Position numbers and translations under genes: made by a program
Shown here: one piece after another, positions 20,901 to 32,900 of the stretch
Layout: each line of letters begins with the position of its first letter
Numbering within the stretch: position 1 is the stretch's first letter
From: Podarcis bocagei
Lineage: Eukaryota
Direction: 5' to 3' (one strand)
DNA length: 64,000 nt
Assembly (NCBI GenBank): GCA_964188305.1
Contig: OZ076889.1
The notes under the pieces: generated by a model
What the model saw: the letters and a program-made list of their open reading frames with translations, nothing else
Told to the model about the DNA's origin: nothing
Database searches by the model: none

Positions 20901-23900
20901 AACACCATAATTTATCCCACACTTCTACGTCCTGAAGATTACCATAAGTTCAATACTACCACATTTCTCCTGAAGGCTCAAATATTTACATCAAAAGCCA
21001 TTTCCTAATATTAGGGACATCCCTAAAATGGCTTGTATTTCCGCCTACAGTTCAACCTCAGTTAGCAGTGAGCCGCTGGGATTCATTATTAGCCAATTAG
21101 ATATGACCACCTGCGGCTTGTCCAAAGACCTCATCTTGGTAGAGTCAATCTTGGGAGAATCATCCTTAAAATTTAAATTTCTCTTATTAGTCCCTGGCTT
21201 TCCTAGGGCACTTGAAGGGTTGTCACGTGTGGTCTTTTCCTCTTGACTGTGGATTTGGCTGTAACCTTCACAATCTCCCTTTTCATCCAAGAAACTTTGT
21301 TGTATGGGCATTATATTCAGCTCAGTGACCAGGAATGAAGGGGCTTGTAGTGCAACAACAGCTGGGGACCCCAGTTTGAGAAACATTGAGGCTGATGGTT
21401 AAATAGTATTTATATATAAAGAAGAATTACTCAAATAGTAGACATGTAAATGTATTCAATAACTTAAGGGTACAATATACTATCAACTAAAGTAACTAAA
21501 ATTATCCCGGTTCTTATCATTCCATTGTATCATATATTGTAAGAAGGGGACACGGGTGGCGCTGTGGTCTAAACCATGACAGAGTGAGCTCCCGCTGCTC
21601 AGTCCCAGCTTCTGCCAACCTAGCAGTTCGAAAGCATACCAGTGCGAGAAGATAAATAGGTACCATTGTGTCAGAAAGGTGAATGGCATTTCTGTGTGCT
21701 CTGGCTTCCGTCACGGTGTTAGGTTGCGCCAGAAGCTGTTTAGTCATGCTGGTCACATGACCCGGAAAGCTCTCTGTGGTCAAAAGCCCTTGGCCTGAAG
21801 CGAGATGAGCGCTGCACCCCATAGTCACTTTTGACTGGACTTACTGCCCAAGGGTTATTTACCTTTACCTTACCTATATTGTAAGATGCTGGCAAACATT
21901 TGCATTGAGGGGGAAAATCAATAGAAAGAAAGTAAGTTCTGAATCATACTGGAATTGCTAGGAGAATAGTAGCTGATATACTCTGTGGTCCACCCCCATT
22001 GTTGGGCAGATAATAACCAGCAAAATATGGCTCCCTATGTTAAAGCTCCGTTCCAATTTGAAGCACCATACCTCTGGGTAAAGCTATTTAGGCTACAATG
22101 GCTGAAACTGTAATACCATTAGAAGCCAATAGAAAGTCTCCAGTCACTTTCAGTGGACTGTGGACAGGATCCACAGTGTTTTCTTGGGTTGGGGTATTAT
22201 TTAGGTTTTTTATATATATTAAATTTTTGTATCTTTATTTAGGCTCTTATGATTTATATGGAAATTGTTCAATTTGGTTGTGTACTTTTGATGTTTTCTT
22301 TATTGTTTATTACTGTTTTTGTTATGTTTGTATGTTTTAAGTCACCGAGAGCATGGTTTGAACTTTGGGAAGGCAGCATACAAATAAATGATTGACTGAA
22401 TGACTGATTGATTTTCTAGGGCTTCTATCAGTATAGTGGATTTGTATTCAAATACATTTCTTAATAGAGCTCATCCTCTCCAAACCCCTATTTACATATT
22501 CACCTTAGCTGACCCTGCACGTAACACCAAATGCTCACACCCTGTACAACAGCAATTTACTGCTTCCTACATACAGCTCCTTATGCACACTGATCCAGGA
22601 ATAAAATGTAAAGTGAAATAATGGCAAGCAGCCTAGTCAGGTCATTTAAAGTAATGGTAGGAATATACAACTATTGTAAGTCAAACATGAGTAACAAGGA
22701 TCATACTCATTACTTTCCTTCACGCCCTAGAACAGGATTCTGTTCTCAAGCAGGCAAACTTCCTTTGCCATTTACACATGCTTGAATTACTCTGGTGAAT
22801 CTAGTGGACAAAGAATCCTTTAACTTTCTTTCCTAATCCCCCTTATCAAGGTGTAAGTGCTGTGAAAATCACTTAAATGCACACCTGGTGGAGGACAAAA
22901 TCTTTTTCAAAATCTGTATTATCTCAGTATGACACAAACGAGAACAGTCAATTCATTCTGTCTGATAAAATAATAATCTCTACGTATACTAGGATTCTGT
23001 AATTAAGAGCTTCAAACAAGGGTCCAAATAAACACACACTTTGAAGAGGTGCAATTTGATCTGATTTAGCAACACTCATCTGCCAATGTTTTTTATTGGC
23101 ACTGTGAAATGTCCAAGAATAATGGGAAAAGAAATATATAATGTGTACTTTAATAAAAATGGATTATTTTTTTAACAATGCTGGTCATAATACAACACTT
23201 TAAAACAACTGGGTTATTCAAATTGAATGTGTGTGTGAATTTTAAGACTAGGAATCACGTAAGTCTATGACCAATCCACTATATTTCTTCTAATTAAATA
23301 AAAATAAATATTATAGTACTTCAATACAATTACATCTTGAGGAAATTTGATTAAGACAGCCCTTCCTTTAGAGAAAATATTTACGGTTAGAAAAAATCAT
23401 TACTGTAGCCTGCCCTGGGACCTTAGGGTGAAGGGCAGGTAATAACAATAAAAATGGTTTGCATCGATTTGATGTTATATAAAATAGTCTCCAAAGGTTT
23501 GTATTGTTTTATATAAGGAAATGTTCTAAAATGTTTTTACACTTTTTTGTTTTATGGTTGTCAACTGTTTTGTTTTATACAGTAGTTGTATATTTTATTA
23601 TACAGTAAAGGGGGCACAAGAAATCAAATAAATAAACAGATTCTTTACAATGCCCTCTCCCTCAACCTGGTGACCACCAAAGATTTTTGACTCACAAGTC
23701 CCACCAGCCCTAGCCAGCATAGGCAATGGTCATGGAGATGCTAGCTGTAGTCATGGAGGGCACCAGCTTGGGGAAGTCTAGTTTACAACAGTGCTACCAG
23801 AAATGAGCTTTTGAAGGAGACAGCTCCAACTGATTCAAAGTCACGTTTTAAAAATACTGTTTAGGAAAGAAGGAGTTGCACGAGTTCAGTTATACATATT

Positions 23901-26900
23901 TTCAGCATGTTCTTTAAAAATTGTTTTTGATGGTTTGTTATTTGTCACCTTGGGCTTCTTTGGGGAAGAAGGGTGTGGGATAAAAATCTATTAAAAAGCA
24001 GTCCACTAAGACCTGTCAGTCTTGCAGATGTGTGCAAATGGTTTTTTTTCTGGCCAAAAATTATAAGCATGGGTCATAGAAAAGGATTTATGAGGAATAA
24101 ACAAGTTTCAGGGGAAATTATAGCACATTTGTTCTATTCCTTATTTTACAGGGTCTAATTGGACACGTCCTGAAATCAATATGCTAAATGGCATCCAGGC
24201 AGATTTTTGCTGAATTGGCAAAATGTCCAGGAAAACCCAGATGTATGGTAAGTAGAGCTATTTTTAAAAAATAATAATCATCAGGGAAAATAAAAGGAAA
24301 GCCCCAAAATGATATTTTCAGGGGGGGAGAGAGATGTTCCCCCCGAAAGCTCAGCAACTTTGTCTGGATTTTCACCTTTGGGAATATGGCAACCCTAATA
24401 TAAGGAGTGAGGTATGGTGCAGAGGAATCTCACCAAACACATGATGGTCAATAGAGGAGTAAAGCCGGCTGCCTGTTCACACCTATCCTACATAAATGAC
24501 ACCTAAACACATGACATAGTCCATAGACTGGAAACCTAGAATGCATGCTCCCCTGCAACACATGGGAGAAACATTTGAATCAATGTATGCAAATAGCTTG
24601 GTACTACTGTCTTTTACTCACCTAGGCTTGAAGAAATTTCTTAAAAGGTTTATAATTTTTAATTTAGGATGTTTTAATGCTCTGATGGAATTTCTATTGT
24701 GTATTTTAATTTTGGATGGATTTTATAGTTGCAAACTACTTAAAGGCCATTTTGGCACATGTAGAAATCTAGAAGAACAGGTTTCCCTTCTCTTTTGGGC
24801 TCTTCTAGAACGCCTATAGATTATGCCTTCTGGATAGTAGATACCTGTCTCCCAATGGATTTGCATCTGGAATTTGAAACAGGTGGAGAATGTAGTGAAA
24901 TGTCCTTTATGTGATGGTCCAAGGGAAAATTCCTTTAAACATTTTGTCTAGTTTGACAACCTATTCAGACATTTTGTCTAGTTTAACAAACTATTCAGAT
25001 GAAGAGATTGTTTGGTTTCTGTTACAAGATATTTACCCATTTGCGACAAACAGAACAACATTGTAAGCATTAGCAACAAGACAAAATGGGAAGAACCAAA
25101 GTAGCCTCATATGAGATTTAAGAGGTGTTTTTCCAGTTTCTTGAAAACTGGGACTTTTCATAGTATTTGGAGGAAATATTTAGTAGAATTATACAGTATT
25201 TCAACTTTTATTATCCATCTATTTTATTGTTCATCTTTATTCTTTTATCACCCTGAGCTCCTTTGGGAGGAAGCTTGGGATATTAATTTAACCAAAAGAA
25301 TATGTTTATGTGTTGGAAACTTTATACTGGCACTTCATTTTTACAGTTGTCAAGGACAACAGCTGGCACAATGATTTTGCTGAGGAATGTTGATAATGAT
25401 GACGACAACTGTGAATTTTGAGTGCTTCTAAAATGGAATCTAGTGTAACATTTTCCTCTATGGGTTGTTAAAGGTCAGTGCACTATGCACTCACTTTATA
25501 GGCTTCTGAATTATTTCAGTTTAACAGTTAACATATATGCATTGTAAGATGCTAAGAAAATATTTTATTCCCTCAATTTTCTGAGCATGAGAATCTCTGA
25601 AGCCATAAGTGAAAGTACCTGTGCTGAACTATGAAAAAAGCTATATATGAATGTTTTCAAACCAAACAGAGTTTGAGACACAGAGGACTAAATATAGATT
25701 GTATGCTAAGAAGGGATTGGCCTTTAATTTGAATGCACATTTCTAGTTATCAATATAGGGAGGTGTTTCTAAAACATTTAGAATGGTGAACAGAAGATGT
25801 GCAGATGCTACAATATGACTGACTGATATACAGATTAAATCAATAACATGTATACAAAAATGCAGTGGCAATTTACAGATTCTTAAAGAGTTCTGGCAGT
25901 GCAAACCCCATCGGAATGAACAGGGCTAGAGCTGAAGGATCACTTTGAGGATCAGAGCCTTATTAAGATGCATTTACTTGTCCAATTACCAAAACAGCAG
26001 GAGATCATTAAATTTTCTAGTTAGCAGACACAGCAATGTTAATATCTTAATGTTGCCAAGGCTATTTCTTGGCATTTTGCTACTACACTTTCTTTCTTCT
26101 AGCAAAAATTCATAAAATAAAAGCTAAGCATGAGGAAAAAATAACACATACGCACACACCCCAAGATTGTTTAACAGGTGACCCAAAGAGGCAACTTCCC
26201 CCAGCACCGTCTGAGAATGATCAGACAACACACTAATCAAATAAAGTTTGAAACCAGTTGAGAGAAAGGACCATAGTGAAAATTGGGGGTGGGTGGAAGA
26301 GAGAAGAGACTGGTGGTGCATTTGAACAGAATACTTTCATCTTGTAGACAGCTGTATGTAGTGTTCAACATGTTTAGTTGGTCATTTTCTGAGAAACGAA
26401 CTGTCAAATTAAGATGCCTACTGAGTATTTGGCACTCAGCTTAGACTATTCAATATTTCTTTTCAGCTCTAGAAGCAATTTATAAAAAGGTGGCAGGTTG
26501 CAATCATATACTCACTCATTGGGACTTATTTCTGTGTAGACATGTATTATGAAAAGTGTCAATACAGAAGAGGGAGATTTGTCTTTATCATGCTACTAAA
26601 AGTATGTCTGGGATCATTGGCAGTGGGTTCAAGACAGAATAAAGGAAAACTTTTTTCCATAAATGTATGGAAATTACTAATGCAAGTTGTTATTCTGGCT
26701 GCTAACATAGATGGATTTTTAAAAAAGAATTATCAACAAAATTATGGAAGCTAGATCGATGATAATTAGTCATGAAAGCATAAACAAAAACAAATTGTGC
26801 ATGGTCAACAGCAGTAAGCATTCGAATATCAAATATTAGAGACAAATAACAGCATAGTCCTTCCTTCCATAGGTATCCTGATGGCTACTGTGGATAGTAG

Positions 26901-29900
26901 ACTAATTCAGAAATACACAATTCCTGTATTCAGAAATATGATACACATTGCAATATAGCTTCTTGCTTGCAACATCAAGCTCCCCTCTCTAATGCATAAA
27001 CTGTACAAAACAACACCAACACCTGCTTCTTACCAAAAACAAAACCAAGGAAAGGGAAGAAGGGTGAAGGCGGAAGTGTTTTTAATCTTTAACCTGTATT
27101 TTATAGTCATGCCATTGCTAGACACAATCTGGCTCTAAACCAGCCTAAATCCTTCTCTTGAGTGGATGAACTATATTATTTCAGTCAGATTAAATTTATT
27201 TTAACTACTCCTTTGTAAGGGAGGAAAGAGAGATAGTTAACCCCCCCTTCTTGTTTATTTAAACTGCTGTTGGAATTGACTAATTAAAGGGATTTTTAAA
27301 AGCATAATACTCTAAACAGAGCAAACTGGTTCTGAATTATTAAGCAACATTTTAGATGCATTTGAATAACCTTAAGTGACTTAACTGCCACCTGATCCTA
27401 AGCTACAGCTCAGATAAATAAATGTGAAATACTGTAGACGTCCTAGCTTACTAAGGCTTCCAGATACAGTAAATAAAGAGCTTAAGTCCCCAGTACACAG
27501 TCTGTAAAAGACATACTCTCTGATAAATGGAATTCACTGGTGTACATTTAAAGAGGAAATGCAGGGCAGGGGGAAAAACAGGGTTTAATTTTTATTACAA
27601 AGGAAAATTGCAGGTGCAGACTGTTAAGACATGCCAGAGCTCTTGGGAGATGTGAAGGAGCCTTGTCTGTGTTTCAAATGCCATACAAAAACCCAGTGTC
27701 ATAACCTCTCTTGAGTGGTCAACCCCACCTCTCTTGAGTTGTCACCTTGGCAATAAAAGGATATCATTTCTCACAGGTAAAAGAAACAGTCAAACATTAT
27801 CTTTATTAGAGCCAACTAAAAGGTCACAAAAAGTGATCAAGCTTTCAAGTTTTCAATGGCTTGCTCACTTCTCTAAGATCTTTTAGTTGGTCCTCATAAA
27901 GATACTACTGCACTGTTTCTTTTTGATTATTTTTTTTAATGGGTGAACATGGCTTTCTACAATTTCCTTCTGCTTTGGAGATTTCCTTCATCATATATGT
28001 CTAATTACATGGAATTGCTGTTCTTCCACTCACTGAAGATCTTTTGACTGACTGATTGATGTTTTTGTAAATGGAAGAGGAGGAAAGGCAATTTTGGTTG
28101 GCCTGCCATTCACCCTGCAGCCTCCCACATCACCTTTCACCTTGTCATAGCAGAGGGAAAGTCAGGGAGTGAGGAAGGTCTGCAGGGTGCTTCTACTCTT
28201 CACAAAACCAGGAACTTTGAAAGAGATTGTGCAAGACTTTATGCTCAAGGTGGTGTACATGGTTCTCCCCTTCCTAAATTAATCCTCACAACCACCCTGT
28301 CGAGTAGGTTAAGCTGAGGCAGTGACTGGTCCAAGGTTACCCAGTAAGCTAAATGGCAAAGTGGGGTTTGGAACGCTGATCTCCTGGGTCCTAGTTCAAC
28401 ACCCTAACCATTACACCACACTGGTGCTATTCAACACGGAGAGGGTTGAGGACTGAGGGGTGAGCAACAGGTGCAAGCACACTGTAAGAAGCCTTGCATG
28501 CATGCTCCTACCCCCATCCCCACTTTGAGCATACTCATATATAGGTGAATGTTGGAACATGCATCTAGGTGCACTTCTAAGTACGTCTGAGCATTTGAAC
28601 ACATACTTGAAATAAGCGCATAGAGCTGTTAGATACCATCTGAAATGAGGACCAGGCAACATTAAGACTTCTGTGGAAACAAGCGCTGAACTCTCCTCTC
28701 TTTTCTCTTTCAGATGCTGGCACCAACTTTGAACCATAACAAATGGTAATGGCAAAGGATGTACAAGTATTCCACAGCATTCTAATGCTCTTTAATCTTG
28801 CTATACAGTTGCAAACAACTCCAAGTTGTTAATGATTTCAAAATGCAGTTATAAGCATTTATTGTATATTTTTTTTGAGTCAGAGAGTAAGGAGGAATTG
28901 GCTCAACCCTCTACACCAATGCAGGTAATACCTATCATAGTGTCTTTCCCATTTTAGGTGCTTCAGGATGTCACTGATATTTTAAAAGCTACAAGTTATC
29001 TCTAGAATAAGTTAATCTTTGTATTTACTGTAGAAGTTTGTATTTACAGTAGGGTTATGATACTGACTTTGTCAGTCAAGGATATATGTTAAAGTGACTG
29101 GAATGTACAAGAAGGAATTAATGAATTCATATTTACTGGAGACGTGAACCTATTTCAATATTTATTGGGATACCTAGACTGGTGGCTTTACTCTTATTTT
29201 GCTACTGACAAACCATTTTGTCAAAGCAGTGTACTGTATTCTGAGCCACTTCAAAGTTTCCATAATTTGAGATGTCAAGAAGAGCAATATTACATCTCAT
29301 TTTGGGTGTGCTGAATATGTACAATTCTTAATCAATGTGATTTCAAATCTATTGCTAAGGGCAACTGGACCAATGCTGCACTAATCCAGTCTACTACTGA
29401 GGCAACTGGACTAATGCCAATTTTGTTGCACTAGTCAACAATCAAACTATCATAGCATGCTAAGGCAGGTGACTATTTAATCCAACCAAGTAAAAAGCAG
29501 GGGCAGGCTTCTTCATACTTGCCCCCTCTATTTGAAGTGGTGGCAAAGGGAGTGATTCTGTGATGTCATTATATAGCCAAATCTCATTGGCTAAACGGTA
29601 CAGTAATGCCATCACTCTGAGAACATATTCTCTGAATGGCTGGGTGTTTGTATGTGTATGTGAATGAGTGACAGAGTGAGTGAGTGAGATTCTGTGAATA
29701 TTCTTCCTGCTCAAAGCTTCTCTTTTGCATAGAAAATATCAAAGCCATCCAAATTACTGAACACTTGTACTACCTTAAGCTACTACTATCCTATTTGCCC
29801 TGTTGCTGCAGATCCGCTTATGCCCCAGTAACTGCAGCATATTGCACTGACAGTGTAAGTTAAATCAACTCACACACTATCTGGGGCAAAGCTAAAGTGG

Positions 29901-32900
29901 TTGCCTAAGGACATTATCTTCTGTATTTTTTCAGGGTAGATCATGAGCAGATACTTTCAGAATCGGTTAAATAACTACTCGATCATAACATTACACAGTC
30001 AGAATTAAACTAAGAGTACAAATGGGACTTAAGAATCTTGCAGGTTATAACTTTGAATAAAAGGTTACACCATTTGATGGCATTCTTCCTTCCACAGTGC
30101 CACAGAGATCTAACTCAATGGAATACTATTCTTAAAATTAAAAAAAGCAAAGGCTACTTTCTGAAGGCAATTGCTTTTGTGTGAAGTGGTAACACTGTTC
30201 TTAAAGCGTAAGAAAACTGTTAGAGAAGAAGATCTTTAGGTATTTAGAGAAACATCACGCTTTAGGTGTAAAATCTTTGCTTCAGCTTTTTTCAAGGAAG
30301 GAAGAAGATCTGTAACATGGCAGCCATCTCTGAATGGTTTTTTCCACTTTGGTTCCACTGAAAATGAGATTACATGCTTGGATGGGGATAAACCTAATTA
30401 GCGGATAATGGGATTCCTTCACAGACATTTTATACTATCTACAAGAGTTGACTCATCTGCATTATTACACGTTTCTTTGCTGTTTTGAGGGGGGAAATCC
30501 TGTAAAACAAAGGCAAGAGCACAAATCTTTCTTTTTGTAGGAATTGTCTCTCATTTTGATCTGCAAATTCCCAAGACACAATAAACGGGGCAGAGAAATT
30601 AAAACAGAGTTGTATCATTATTTTTGTACTTCAGTATTATTAAGAATTAACACCATCTGGAGCACTTTTCAATGTACAAAGAACTTTACGATTCTTATTC
30701 TTATCCTGTCAGGGGATTTCGGTCTAAATATAGTGATACTGTTAGAAGTGCAAAGTTAAGAAGAGGCTTGAGCAGACTAGGCTAGAAAGACCCTTGAATA
30801 AACTGGATGGGGATGGGCTCAAATTAAAAAAAAAACACTTCCATAGAAGTTAAGCTCAAGTTCACTTTTTCAGACTTCAGCGGTTTGCTTGAGTACTAAA
30901 AAGCACTGGCTTTGTATGTAAGGTTAATAACTGTAGCTATATGTTTGTTTAAAATATATTGCCTTTGATCTTGAGAGAAGAGGGGAGGAGCACTCCCTCC
31001 CATGTTGTTCTGGAGGGCCTCGCACCATTGTGCACTGCCCTGAGCCATAGCTGTCAACTTTCCCCTTTTTAAGGGAAATCCTATTCGGAATAAGGGAATT
31101 TCCCTTTTTTAAAAAGGGAAACTTTGACCGCTATGCCTGAAGTCTGATATGATGAAGGGTAACATAATCAGGTTTTAAATAATAATTAGAAACCCTGTCG
31201 CTTGCTCTAGACCGTCAGGATAAAGCAAATAAATAAATAAATAAATAAACAACAGCACTGATTAGAAATTAGTTGCTCAAGGCTGTTCTACAGCAAGCAG
31301 GTGCTTCATAACATTTAAGAAATGGTTAACATTTACAATTCCTTAATCATACAGCATCTTATGTGATTAGTCCTGGAGTGTACTCAGCTCCATATAAAAG
31401 CCTATTATAGTCAAATGGCCTAGTATTTTGCAGGAAGAACTCAGAGTGTAAAGGATGAGTTAACTTTATAATTAAAAGGAACTACCTGATGCTACATTAC
31501 AACTGCTGATCACTATCATCTAGACTGTGAAAAAAGAGTATTCAATACTTAATTAGACAGCTGTTCCGTAGGATTACAAATTCTCATATTTAAAAAAAAC
31601 AGCACAGAAGCACCTTAAGTAGTAATAGGAGAACCTTCTTGAGGAACGTGCTGTGGAAGGACTTTGAAGGAGAAACATTTAAAGCTCTTGCTAGAGCATT
31701 GATAAACAGCAGTGTGAAAAGCTAGGGAAACTTTGGAAAGTCTCTTAGCTGGAATGGGGGTTAAATGATGGGAACACAGAGGATTCCAAACCCAACCATT
31801 ACAAATTCTAATGTCTGCAAAAATTTCTGCTCATTTAGAAAATTTGTATCTTGTTCTGAAGAGTTTGTTCTGACTTCAGAATAGGTTTGAGGTTTCCCCA
31901 CAAATTTAGCAATTTCTGTCTCATGGTGGGTGCTGATGTATTATTAGGCAAATTATTCCGATTGCATAAGTTTGATTACCAACCCTTTTGCTTTCTAATT
32001 GTAGAATTAAAAAAAGGCCCAATGCCACAATAGCTGCCAGCGTCCCACATCCTTAGAAGCATTTAGAAACAGAGTTTCCAGGAAAGTTGTGCCCCCCAAA
32101 TGTTCTTCAGCCACAATGAGAAACAAAATGGAAAAAAAATGCATGTTACTTAGTACAAAATTATAAATCCCCCACAAAGGTTGATTACAGATGCTACAAG
32201 TATATGCTAATCCAAAAGTAACGAATGGTTTTTCAGAGTATCTCACTGTAAAAATGGCAGCATAATTCATATTCTTAATGAGAAAACGGTGAGGACAAAA
32301 TAGAACAGTAACTGACTTCAGTATAGGAATAAGAAAGCAGCCAAAGCCTTTTATCCTGATAGCAGATTCACAAATACTACAGAGTAGTAGGCATAACTAG
32401 CAAGAACTTGCGCATTGCTAGTTGCAAATAGTGGGCTTGCTTAACAATGGCCAGCTTGAAGTTGGCTTGTTTAGCAACTGACCAATATTCATTTTAAACC
32501 AGGATCCCTGGCTGGCACACAACACCAGACTCAGATTAATTGAAATGAGAAGAAGCATTCCTATGGACGCATAGAACAAGAAGGGGGTGCGGAAAAGAAT
32601 GAAAGCACATTTAGTGTTATGTGTGAAGCAGCCCAGTGACTTCAGGCAGGCTTATTGCATTTAGGCCATGAACTCATTAGAGAAGAATGCTTATTGCTGC
32701 TTCTACAAAAGCAAATATGCAAGCAAGGTAATTCAGTTTGGGCCAAGCTACGTGAAAAAAACAACACAATATGGGACTCTGTTAAAGATGTCACACTCTA
32801 ACCAACAGAGATATGTTTTCACACAACAACAAATGTTATCCGCTCTCGAGCCAAGTCAAAATGGTCACAAATGAGCGGAGTTAAACTGACTTCAGTTTGA

